Origin: Rhizophagus irregularis
Taxonomy: Eukaryota
Assembly: GCF_026210795.1 (NCBI RefSeq)
Contig: NC_089434.1
Coordinates: 2,294,001-2,358,000 of the forward strand
Direction of reading: 5' to 3'
Length of the DNA stretch: 64,000 bases
Shown here: one piece after another, positions 51,872 to 63,900 of the stretch
Numbering within the stretch: position 1 is the first letter of the stretch
Layout: every line of letters begins with the position of its first letter
Position numbers and translations under genes: made by a program
The notes under the pieces: generated by a model
The model's input: the letters and a program-made list of their open reading frames with translations, nothing else
Database searches by the model: none
Told to the model about the DNA's origin: nothing

Positions 51872-54358
51872 ATTTTACAATTATTACACTTTTGCCTAAA
51901 TAGGTTTATCGTAAAAAATACTAATCAGACTTTAATAAAAATCAGAATTCAACATTTTCATTTAATTTTTTTAAAAATTGATTGATTAAATTAAAAATAT
52001 CATGGTTTGATAAAGCTATAGATTACAGTTTATTTTTTATTAATAAACAAGTTACGGTACTGATTACTTTATTACAGTAACAATTTAATTACGGATAAGG
52101 TATTTAATAAGATATCAAAAACTGATTAATAAAATTTTCTATATTAACATACGATAAATTAGATTAATGAGCTAAATACGATAATATTATTTTTTCAAAA
52201 AAATTAAAATGAAAATATACACAAATTTTTGTTTTTGGTATGTAAGTCAAATTAAATTACTATATGCTTAAATCATAACTCATAACCCAAAGTTGAGGAT
52301 TAACCAGGTACCTTGCTTTAGATTCAGCGACACTTCCCAAGTCAGATGAGGTGCCACAGGTACGCTTTAAGAAAACTCGCTATGATAATAAGGATAAGTA
52401 TATTCAAAAATACCATTTATGAATGAACATAGGATACGATGAATAATCTCAAATAGAAAAATAAAAAATAAAAAAATAAAATAAAATAAAAATAAAAATA
52501 TAAAAAATAAAATAAAATAAAAAAAATATTTTCAATTAGACAAAGCATCCTCGTTCCTTCCTGGAATTCTCATTTGACTAAATTATTATTGTTTGTAATT
52601 TGATCCATTTGAATCCACCATAAATTGCCAGACAGGACGAACCCTTATTAGACAAGTATAGCTTCATCACCAAATGGCTGCGATGTGTTTAATGATATGG
52701 CAACCTGTTTAATTCATTTTTAAATGAGCAAACGTGGCCATAAAACTCATTAAAAAGGTAGGCTACAGAGTGCAATGCAACCTACCTAACCTAACAAGTA
52801 GGTCTAAGGGTTAGGGAATAAAATATACCCTAAACCCACGCAGTTGGTATGGAAATAAAAGTTTACAAACGGAAGTTTCAGACTGTGCCTGACGACAAAA
52901 TGGGTGAGGTGCAATCAGGACTTTTTCCTCTAATTCAGCCCAGAATTATAGAGGCAACATTGTTATCGTACAAGCACATCGACGAAAACGTCTTTCAAAG
53001 AAATTAATCAATAAAGAGTATACTTGGGCAATAGCCGATCTTCATCGTCATCCTATAAACTCCAAAAGAACAGGGATCAGCGCAGGCATTTTGGCTTACG
53101 TATTTCTTTAAAGATTAATTAAATTGAAAGATAGGATCCAAATTCAATATGACTGAATCGATCGCCTCCGGTTATCAAACTTCCATTAGAAGTGATCGCT
53201 AGAATCAAAGATACCAATAATCACCCTTATCAGTAACGATTGAACTAAAGATGTTGGAGAAATAAAATTCATCATTTATATGGAATTAGTTTGTATTACA
53301 ATTTTATTACGATTTGGGTAAAAAAAATATCTCCCTAAAATTTATTTTTTTTTCAGGTATCCTGGCTATATGGAAAGATTCCTAATATGGTAATAGTACA
53401 ATACACCTTATACGCCATTTTGCAAATTCAGTGTAATAGTTTACAAAGAAAAAAAGGTGAACGTATTTATTTTTTTGCTATGAGAAATTTAATTACAATA
53501 AGTGGATTTCAGAAAATCGCAGTAATTTGAATAATTTGTATATGCTTTTGATAACGGGTTTGAAGTTTAGGTATTCTCTGGCCGCACTCTTGTATTACTA
53601 TGATCACTGAGAGTTGGCTTGCTTATATAATAATCTTATCATTCAATATTTCCTAAAAAAGTAAATAAACATCATCTATTTATAAGTATTCATGATTTGG
53701 AAAAACTCCGTATGAAGTTGAATCAAGCACTCCATAGCAATTATCTTTTTTCGTACACTGTATTACATTTTTACAAAGTACAAAGCGTACAAAGCCAATA
53801 CCAAATAGGCGAAAATCAGTAGCTATTTTCTATACTACGATAATATTAAATAAACACACAAATTTTTTTAAAGATCGTACAAATATCGGTGACCGATATA
53901 TATTAGATAACGGATCGGTGACTAATAGTTTGGATATCGGACACTTGGTAATTTACATTTTTTTAACCATATTTGAAATTTGCGCATTATGTGACAAATC
54001 GGGTACCCGATATGTTGTTAATATGTAAAAATGCCCGATATGTACCTAATTAGTCACCGATATATAGGTACCCGATATGTGTGAGATAGATCGTTTTTTG
54101 ACTTGTGGAAGACGCATGTAAATATAAGATTAGCTTAGCTTGAGAGATGATCCCAATCGAATTTGGGTTTAGTAGTATGTAGTCTCTCTAAATCGGCTAC
54201 AAATCGATAAAACTGCTATAAATCATTAAAACTGCTTAACCGGCAAATTTGAAACATGTTATCCATTAGTATAAGATACTAAAAAGTTGCTAAAAATGCT
54301 ATAAATCAATAAATTGCTATAAATCGTTATAATTCGTTCATTTAAGTGAACAAGAAAT

Positions 54359-55234
54359 ATGTCCGGATTATCTTCTAATATTATTTTAGATGAGTGGTTT
54401 AATAAGATTGTGCCTAAACCTATTAATAATCATCCTGGATACGATATGAAATATGTTAGCGCATATATTGTAAATTACTGTTATGGTACTGACCTCAAAA
54501 AAATAATCGGAATAGAGTGGGAGTATGATACATTATCAGTTGTGAAACCAGGTCAGTCTCTAGTTGCATGGGCTGTAAATGTCAGAATTCGATTACAAAA
54601 ATTATTAGCCAATCAGAGATTTAGTGTATATTACCGACATTGCTTATTTGCAGGATTTGGGAATGGCAAGATGGTTAATTCTGACTATCATCAGCCCAGA
54701 ATCAATAAGAGTAATATGGCTATTTGGTTTGATTGCTGGAAATTGGTAAAGATTACTGATATAAAACCAAAAAAAACATATTTCAGTGGATGGCGCAGAT
54801 ATGGATATGAGATTAAATCTGAGGACTTGATGAAATACCATTGGAATAATGAATGCTCCAAAGCTAAAACCCCAGATGGAAGTGCTCGGCTTATTCAAAA
54901 AGCTTATAGAAATTATAGGAAGAGGCCTGTTTTACTAGCAAAACAAGTTTGGGAGGCAGTTAGAAATGATAACACTCCTAGAGAAAAGAAGTTTCTTAGT
55001 ATGCCTAGTAGAGATACTCGTTGCACTGTAAACTTGGATATATGGTATTCTATTGATGGATTATATAGACCTTTTAATATTCCACTAGATCAATTTTATG
55101 ATTATATAAGTTATTCAAAGCATAAGAGGTGCCAATTATCTGATAGATTGGCCATAGCAAGAAATAAAATACAATGCAACTATATCGTAATAAAATGCTT
55201 TCAAATTTTAGTAATTTATATTTCATTTTCTTAA
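54359..55234 (+). CDS. Hypothetical intronless protein with one IQ-like motif
   Basis: 291-aa ATG ORF containing SARLIQKAYRNYRKR. Confidence 0.55.
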   Translation: MSGLSSNIILDEWFNKIVPKPINNHPGYDMKYVSAYIVNYCYGTDLKKIIGIEWEYDTLSVVKPGQSLVAWAVNVRIRLQKLLANQRFSVYYRHCLFAGFGNGKMVNSDYHQPRINKSNMAIWFDCWKLVKITDIKPKKTYFSGWRRYGYEIKSEDLMKYHWNNECSKAKTPDGSARLIQKAYRNYRKRPVLLAKQVWEAVRNDNTPREKKFLSMPSRDTRCTVNLDIWYSIDGLYRPFNIPLDQFYDYISYSKHKRCQLSDRLAIARNKIQCNYIVIKCFQILVIYISFS

Positions 55235-55539
55235 CTTCGAAATGATTTCACTAACTTCTTATCAGTTATCGAATTGCAAAAGTGATACAGGCGGAATATT
55301 TATCTCGTCTCAGTATGCAAAACAGCCAAAAGGCACTATGTTGAGATTAAGGGATGGGAGAGTAATCACGGTTGTCTAACTGGCTTAAGGCACTTCGCAA
55401 TATCTTTCAACTGATCATTAGCATTATATATCTCTCGACTATGTCAAGGCCAACCATAACTTATACTTTATTTTTTTGCGAAATGAATTGCTATATAATC
55501 TGCCTAGTAAAATTGGCCAAAGGCGCTATGCATGAAATG

Positions 55540-55955
55540 TATATAAAATCAATATAAAAAAGTGAATTCCGATACCGCAATTCACTTTTTATATATAAAA
55601 TCAATATAAAAAAGTGAATTCTGATACCGCAATTCACTTTTTATATATAAAATCAATATAAAAAAGTGAATTCTGATACCGCAATTCACTTTTTATATAC
55701 AAAATCAATATAAAAGTGAATCTCAATATCGCAACTCACTTTTATTATAAAATCAAATTAAAAAGTGAATTATAACTTTATAATACCATAACTCATTCAT
55801 ATTATATAAAATCATAGTTTCAGGTCAACAGGTCATTTAGGTTATAAGATGTTATAACCTGAACTGATGCTGAATTGCAATTGCTAAACCTAACCTGATA
55901 AATTCAGGTCAATCTGTCAGGTTACTTGAATTTGATCAACCTGTTCAGAACTCTA
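55540..55955. mobile_element. Right part of a hAT-like MITE with ~49-bp tandem array
   Basis: Units AAAATCAATATAAAAAAGTGAATT(C/T)..ATACCGCAATTCAC, related to the 18.6-kb array; ACCTGA repeats; ends ...GTTCAGAACTCTA. Confidence 0.55.
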
Positions 55956-58518
55956 ATCTGGTATTTCTCATTAAAAGAAATATAAAAAAATGTTTTTTTA
56001 GTTAAAAATGTTAAACCTGACTAAAGTTCTGAACAGTTCTGGGTTGAACTGGGAACTGATTTGAAACTGACTAAAAATTCAGTTTGGTTTTCAGTTCGGG
56101 TTTAAAACTGGAACCGTTCAGTTCGATTCGATTCTATTTTATTTTAAAAAAAATGTGAAAATTGAAATAATAAAAATGAGCAATAGCTCATTAAAATCAT
56201 CTCATCAAGATGCGTCAAATGGTGGTAAGATCATTTTTCTAGCTTTGATATATCACGAAATAATCGATGCTAAATATATTTTAAGAAATTAGTGCTAGAA
56301 TCGTATCTATCGATCCTAGAGAAATGATCTTGTTATCATTCGATAGGTCTTAATGAGATGAATCTAATGAGTAAGGGTGCAAACTTAATGACGTGACATA
56401 ACATCAAGTTACATCACATCATAGACATATATTAGATGTAACTTAGAGTATATTTGACATAATTTCTAAAATAATGATTTATAACATATGACGTAACTAA
56501 AAAAATTGATGTGATATATGAAAATATAAATTTCATTATAATTGTTTATTATTTATTATTATGATTTATGATTAATACAATATTAGATCAGTGATTATTG
56601 ATCAGTTTCCAAAACTTCAAGTAATAGGATCAAAATTCATATTTCCATTTCTTTTATCTACATTATCATTATTTTCTAAATTTACAGTTTCTATATTATC
56701 AAATGTTTGTGAAAGATCAATAAAATCTTCCAATACTAAATTAGTACATGTCTGTATTTCCATTTCTCTTCTTCCCTCTAATAATATATTATCAGTGATG
56801 TCATCATCTTTATCATTTAAAGAAATAATATTACCAACCGCAGAAATATTAGCAATTTCTCTCAATTCTGCACTACTCAAATCTTTTTCATATATAATAT
56901 GACAGTTTATTTTTAATACTTGCTAGATGATAAGAACGAATTTTTGATATACCTTCTAGTTTTTTAATATCAAGTCTTACACGTCTATCTCCAATTATCC
57001 ATTTAAGCATGGAAAAATTTCGTTCACAGTCTGCTTGTGAAGATACGCCTGAACTTTGGTGAAATTCTATAAGATTAAAAAAATGCTATATATGACATCT
57101 TGCATTTCAATTAAAATTCAATACATAATCCAGATCATAGGGTTTTAATTTTTGGTCAAAATGCCTAAATTGAGTGAGAAGTTACTTGCATTCTTTTTCA
57201 GACTAACCCAAACTTTGCCAAAGAGTTGTAGCAGTAATTGCTGCATCTCTGAATCCATCATCATTAATACCAAAACCTAAAAAAAAATTATTTTAATAAT
57301 TTGTTTTTCAAAAAAAAAACAGTAATTATTAATAAATAAATGCTGTATTTTGATAATAAGGATAAAGATAATAACATAGAAGATATGCAGGATACTAAAA
57401 TTTAAGATAGCAATGATTGAATATTTGAATTGCTGCAGATTTATAAGGATTTGAAGAAGGAAATCAAAATATAGCAACAGCCAATTTAATCATTTAAATA
57501 AAACAATCAGCTAAAGAAGCTGATTTTGCTTCAAGTATATTGATGCATTCCTTAATAGGAGTCCAAACTGAACGAATCTGATAACAGGTTGTGAAAAACT
57601 CTTCATCTTGCATCAAAGAGTAAATATCAGAATTTGAAATTATATTATGATGTTCTAATAATATCTATATATAATTAAATTTTGTTAATATTTAAAAAAT
57701 AAATACTATTTTAATAAAACAAGTAATAATAAATTTTACCCAGTCAAAAACAGGACGAGCACGTAAAATTGAATCTGTTGTTGCATATAATGAGCCCATT
57801 TGGTTTTACACCATGTTTACAATCCTTCAGTATTAATTTTCATATTATTTAGGCTTTAAGATAAAATTGCAGAAGCTTAATGTGAATTATTAAAAAATCT
57901 TGTAATTTTTTCACAATTTGATATCAAATCCTTAATATTGTCAAGCTTTACAAAATCAGCTGCTATTAAATTAATTGCATGAGCTATGCATCATATATCT
58001 CAAATATGATTATATTTTTCTTCTACTTTTTTTCCTAATAACTCGGCAATTTAGAGGCATTATCGGTTATTATAGCAGCAAATTTATCTACACTAAATTT
58101 CTGAAGCAAGAAATTCTCCTGTATATGATTCTATAGAATAGTTGTGTAATGCAACTAAATATTCTTTTCATTCAGGAGTCACTACAATATAATTATAAAG
58201 GGATTCACTGTGTTTGGATGTCCAACCATCTAATGCTAATCAATAAATTGTTAAAGTTAGTTATCAAAATTTTTTTAAATAATAAATAAAAAAAACCTAT
58301 AAATTTTCTTACTTAAAGTTAAACCATCTGTCACCTTTAACTCAGATTCAATTTTCTGATTAACACGTGTAACTTCATCATTTAATAGTCAGTTAGATAA
58401 AGTAATACAAGATGGTAGTACGTAATCTGAATTTAAATCTTTAAATAAATCTTGTCTACCTTTAATTAAAATATTAATTTTACTATATTTTTATTATACA
58501 AAATACTATATAATATAC

Positions 58519-59754
58519 TTTTTTTTTTTTTTTTTATATGTTTTAGGAGACATCAGCATAGCCGGTTCACTGAGCCTACATGAAGGAAGCACTACAACTT
58601 AAAGTTGCGAAAATGCACTCTTACCGTTGAGCGACAGCTAACTAAGCACCTACTCTAATTATTTAGAAGTAACCGGATGTACATCCTCCTTACCCCCTAT
58701 ATATCACACTGCCAAGACGACTCAAGCTTATACCCACACAACGGATAGATCGTAAGCAAAGTAGAGCTTTCTAACACAGTTATACTACCCACTAGCGCCC
58801 GTCAGAAGCAGCAACCACCCACGTACGGCAAATATAACGGAAAGAGGACATCTAGTAAGTCCTTCCACGCATGGTTAGCCAAATTTTTAGAGGTACTGCA
58901 ATACTAAGACTACTAATATGGCCTCACTCAAAGCTCACTACAGGCCGCGATTACCATACCAGCCCACCATAATTGTAAATCCCCCAGTAGTAATAGTAGT
59001 GACTATCAGGACAGTAAGCTGCTAAAGGGTACTGGGATCACCCCTTTATTATAAGTAACCAACCCAGTTACCTAGGGATCACCCACCAGTACGTCAAATT
59101 CACTGAGGAATTGACCTCACCTTGAACCTTATATACCTGAGCCTACGAACGTCTCCAATCAGTCTAAACCTATTAGAAGGTAAACTACTGCTAAGACATT
59201 GCACTTGAGACTTTACCATCTATGAGGACCATCTAGCGTAGTAAACCCCTACAGTAAAGTTTACCACATCCTTAATGGTATCGTAGAGTGACCACCAAGA
59301 CAAGAGGCTCACCCAGATGGTATGCAAGCGGTGACCATCCAGACAGGACAATAGGCTTCCCAATGGCCTCATAGGGAACGCTAGGAGGACACCATGACCC
59401 TTTGTTGAAATATGCCGCCGACTGGTACATACTAATTCACCATGATGCAGTCCAGCCTACACTAATCCCTGTACTTTCTAAAGATGTTAGCCGTAATTCA
59501 AAAAAGTGTCGTAATACAAAATTTTTATATGCTGTAATTAATTAAGGCTATAAAAATCTTATAGCCGTAATTCAAAATTTTTTAAAAATAATTAAGGCTA
59601 ACATCTTTAGTACCTTCACACTATTGGTAGTAGTGTCCGCAGTAAAATTCTTTTAATTTCTGTGATCGGCAGAATCGAACCTACGACCCCATTATACTCA
59701 GGCTTCACGAGGGGACTCACGGACTAACCAATGAGCCAAGGGTGATCAACCCTT
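58519..59754 (-). mobile_element. Full-length tRNA-headed SINE-like retroelement with poly(A) tail
   Basis: Exact 16-bp TSD ATACTATATAATATAC (58503-58518, 59755-59770); A17 tail; A-box TGGCTCATTGGTTAG and B-box GGTTCGATTC; 5' half homologous to 4613-5150. Confidence 0.88.
59474..59610. mobile_element. 137-bp MITE inserted in the SINE
   Basis: 15-bp TIR CTAAAGATGTTAGCC; TA flanks; absent from the homologous position (GAAGGTACAGGG) of the 4613 copy. Confidence 0.85.
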
Positions 59755-61510
59755 ATACTATATAATATACAGTAAATTGGAAATGAGTATTAAAAAATTT
59801 TTTATTTAATGTTATTATACTATATTTTGGTAAATATTTCTTTTAAATTAATATAATTCTTAGCACTTACTATATATATTAAAAATTTGTATCTCAACTT
59901 AAAACGTAAATATCTCCAGATCCAGTAATCCAATTGGCAAGCTCTTTTTTCGTTCATATAGACCAGATCAAAGGCTTTCCAAAGAGCCTAAATTTATAAA
60001 AAATGGATCAGTGGATCCCAAGATATTTGCATTTAAGCATGTTAAAAAATTCGTACCTCAACTTTAAATGTAAATATCTTCGGATCTAATGATTCAATCA
60101 GCGAGCTCTTTTTTCGCCTATAAAGTCCAGAACAAGGGCTTTCCAACGAGCCTAAAATTATAGAAAACAGATCAGTGAATCTTGATATATTTGCGTTTAA
60201 AGATGGTAATACAAACTCTGACATAAAATAATTATTTTTATTGTTTGAAAATATTTATTATGATACCATCTTTTATATGATATTTTTATTATACTTTTAT
60301 AAACATTTATAGCTACTAAGGCTATATAAATTTTTATTTTACTTTATATTTTATTAAAATATACTTACTTTTTAATAATATATGTTAAAAATTCCATATA
60401 TATGAGAAATGGGTTTTTTATTAGTGAAATGGGTTTTTTCACAGCTCTTTCACATTTAATACAGTAATTTAAGTTTCGCAAATATAAATTTTTGTTCAAC
60501 TTATTATTTAGTCAAGTGATCATCAATCAGATGATTTTTTGGTATTACAAAACAATTTTGAGTAACAAAAATTGTGAAAATCAATCAATAACTCTTTTTA
60601 ATGCAGAGTAGACAAATCAGCCCATATGTGGATTTTCAATGACTTTAAAGGGTATTTCTGCCATTACCCATGCTTTTAACAAAGATCAATCAATACGATC
60701 ATTTACTTTAGAAGAAAGTGGAGCATTTGAATTGAAATGTTGTGTAATTTTAGTTTGCATTAGTGGAGTTTGTATAGCTAAGTTTTGTGAAGGATTTCGA
60801 GTATAATTGATTTTATTTTCAATAAGATTGTCACGCTAGTAGTATTCATTAATATCTTCAGAACATGGTAAACACTCATTTGCTAAGTGCGCTTTTAAAA
60901 TTGCTGGCTTTCTTCTTGTCCATTTCTTTTTACAATAGTGGCATGTAGCTTTATAATGTTCTACATTTACTTCTTTTCCTTTAATAAAATAATCCCAAAC
61001 TTCATCAAATTTGGGACCTCCTTTATTATTACTAGTTTTTTTTCTTGGAAAAGGAGTTTCAGCTGGCAATTCAGTATTATCAATAAAAGGATGTTTTTAT
61101 ATACTAGATTCTTCAGTTTTTGTCATTATTTAAGCAAGTTATGACACATAAAACAAAAAAAGAATAATCAACTGCGATTTTAAAAAAAATAAAACAATTA
61201 GATTATTATTGTTTAACAAATTGCACATTTACACTTTGTATTACATTTTGATCTTGTGTCTAAATTTAGACCATTTATCGTTATTGTTATAATAAAAATT
61301 TTAATATTAAATTATTAATAAAATAATTAAATTACAATTATAAATTAATAAAAAAAATTGCTTATTAGTTAATTTAAATCGATCAGAATTATGTTACATC
61401 AAGTAATAAGTTATATCAAACGTCATATGTTACGTCAAATATTATATGTTACGTCAAATGTTATATATTACGTTAAATGTCAAGTATTATGTCAAACGTC
61501 ACCTTGACGC

Positions 61511-62566
61511 TAGTACTCCTAACAAATCAGTTCAGACCAGATTCAGCTTAAATCTGATCTGATCTGATTTTTATTTTAATAGATTTAATCTGATCTGAAT
61601 TTGATCAGATTTGGTTCAATTTGATCCAAATCTAGTTCGGATCCATTTGAATCCGATTTGAATCTGATCCGAATCTGGTTCAGATCTGGTCCTTAATCCT
61701 AAAAAAAGGAAGGGAACGTTAATTAGTACGTTCACCGTAAAAAGTAAAAAAAATAAAAAAAAAGAAAAAAACGAATTTACATGATTCGTTCTTTCTTTAA
61801 ATTCTAGTCGTTCAGTTTTATCTCACGTCCAGGTTTTCTAAAAAAAAAGAAAGGGAACGTTAATTACGTTCCCTTAAGTAAAAAAAAAAATAAAATAAAA
61901 GAAACAAACTTACCATAGTTCATTCTTTTAAATCCTGGTCATTCCTTTATCTCACGTCCAGGTTTCCTAAAAAAAAGGGAACATTAATTACGTTCCCTTA
62001 AGTAAAAATAAAAAAAATAAAAATAAAAAAAATGAACTTACCATAGTTCATTCTTTTAAATCCTGGCCGTTCCTTTATCTCACGTCCAGGTTTCCTAAAA
62101 AAAAAGGGAACATTAATTACGTTCCCTTAAATAAAAAATAAAAAAAAAACTTAAAAAAAAGGAATGAACTTACCATAGTTCGTTCATTTTTTTTAAATCC
62201 TGGTCGTATCATTAGGCTTCGTTCATCCAAGCTTCCTACTAAAAAAGAAGGGAACTGTTAATTACGTTCCCTCAAGTAAAAATAATAACAAAAAAAGAAA
62301 TGAACTTACCTAGTTCGTGCTTTTAAATCTTGGTCGTCCAGCTTCGTCCGTTCGTCCAGAAAAAGGTTTTTTTTAAAAAAATTTGATTCAAATCTGTTCA
62401 AATCGAATCAGATTTTCTTGTGTTATGATCTGATCCAATCTGAAATTGATTGGATCAGATTTTTTTACTGATCTGATTTACGGATTAAAATTTTGAAAAC
62501 CGAACTGAATCTGGCTCAGATCAAATCTGCGGATCCAGATCAAATCAGATTTTTTTTGAAGCACTA
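61511..62566. mobile_element. hAT-type MITE with an internal exon/intron-like tandem array
   Basis: TSD CTT(G/A)ACGC (7/8); termini TAGTACTCC / TAGTGCTTC; GATCTGA repeats; ~120-140 bp units at 61700-62360. Confidence 0.8.
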
Positions 62567-63469
62567 CTTAACGCATCTACTATAACGTATAATGTAATAA
62601 TATAACTCTAAGGAGAGGATAAGTTTGCATCTTACTAATGAGTCTTTTTCATTTTTTTATGATCACTACATAACGAGTTATCTTAATTTTACATTTTTTT
62701 AAAATTTTAAACGTTAAAAAATAAAAATTCTGATCTAAGATATAACCTATCTTTTACTGATTGCATTAGAATAATCTTTAGCTTATTAGAACTGTCTCAA
62801 TGAGACAAGTTGAATGATAGTAAGATCATATCTCTAGCATTGATATATCACGAGATAAATCATGCTAAGCAAATTTAGAAAATCAGCATTAGAAGGTATC
62901 TATTGATACTAGAAATATAATCTTACCATCATTCAACTCGTTTTATTAAGATTTGAGATAGTTCTAATGAGCTAAAAATCGTTTTAATGCAATCAGTAAA
63001 AGATAGGTTATATCTTAGATTAGAATTTTTATTTTTTGACATTCAAAATTTAAAAAAATGTGAAAATTAAGATAACTCGTTATGTAGTAATTATAAAAAA
63101 ATAAAAAGGACTCATTAGATTCGTTTCATTAAGACCTATCAAATAATGCTAAAATCATTTCTCTAGGATCAATAAATACAATTCTAGCATTAATTTCTTA
63201 AAAAATGTTTAGTGTTGATTACTTCGTGATATATCAAGGCTAAAGAAATGATCTTACCACCATTTGACGCATCTTGATGAAATGATTCTAATGAGCTATT
63301 GCTCGTCTTTATATGATTACTAGTTGCTGAGTTATTACAATTTTGCATTTATTTTAAAAATCAGATAGAACTGAATTGAACTGAACAGTTCTGGTTCAGT
63401 TTTCATTTAGTTTCAATTCCTACCTAAACTGAAAAAACCTGCACTAAACTGACCCATTTAGAGCTTTAA

Positions 63470-63900
63470 ACCATTTTTTAGTAAAAAAAACAAAAAAAAA
63501 TTTTTAATGAAAAAACATCGAATCTGACATTTTTTTATTAAAAGAAACAAAAAAAATTTTTTTAATGAAAAAATATCAAATCTGACGTTTTTCATTAAAA
63601 GAAACAAAAAAAATTTTTTTAATGAAAAAATATCAAATCTGACGTTTTTCATTAAAAGAAACAAAAAAAAAAGTTTTTAATAAAAAAATGTTGAACCTAA
63701 TGTTTTTCATTAAAAGAAATAAAAAAAAAAGTTTTTTAATGAAAAAATGCCGAATCTAACATTTTTTATTAAAAACACAATTTAATAAAAAAAATGACAT
63801 TTTTTCATTAAAAGATAATAAAAAAATGTTGAATCTGTGCTGTTTTTTTACATTAAAAGAAACGTAAAATAATATTTTTTTATTAAATAAAATGAAAAAT
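63470..63900. repeat. ~55-bp tandem array, continuing 55956-56021
   Basis: TTTTTAATGAAAAAA..AATCTGAC.TTTTTCATTAAAAGAAACAAAAAAA units with dyad symmetry. Confidence 0.75.

Larger units (their letters stand above)
39094..54107 (-). mobile_element. ~15-kb CACTA/En-Spm (CMC) transposon
   Basis: Termini CACAGGTCAAAA and, on the reverse strand, CACAAGTCAAAA; 3-bp TSD GAA (39091-39093, 54108-54110); ATATCGG/CCGATAT subterminal repeats on both sides; encodes an En/Spm transposase. Confidence 0.85.
58453..60614. mobile_element. Non-autonomous TIR element inserted in the hAT transposase
   Basis: Imperfect TIR TGTCTAC(CTTTA/TCTGC)ATTAAAA; transposase text VIENP...DLFKDLN flanks it; two ~160-bp internal repeats at 59890-60200. 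TSD unclear. Confidence 0.6.
56372..62634 (-). mobile_element. hAT transposon with decayed BED-finger transposase (~56600-61135)
   Basis: Exact 8-bp TSD CTAATGAG; TIRs TAAGGGTGCAAACTTA / TAAGATGCAAACTTA; BED finger VWDYF..ATCHYCKK..LKAHL, ALDGWTS, IITDNAS, CIAHAINLIAAD, SQADCERNFS. Confidence 0.9.
56022..63468. mobile_element. TIR element with a long palindromic (foldback) core, split by the hAT insertion
   Basis: Ends TAAAGTTCTGAACAG and ...TTAGAGCTTTA; GAACTG/CAGTTC repeats; 56178-56371 plus 62635-62870 is the inverted copy of 62870-63305. Confidence 0.7.

Noticed and set aside
17340..55955. One giant TIR element bounded by TAGTGCTCCGAACAG and CTGTTCAGAACTCTA
   Set aside because: The ends are similar in type, but flanks show no TSD, and the tandem array right of 55955 has no counterpart left of 17340.
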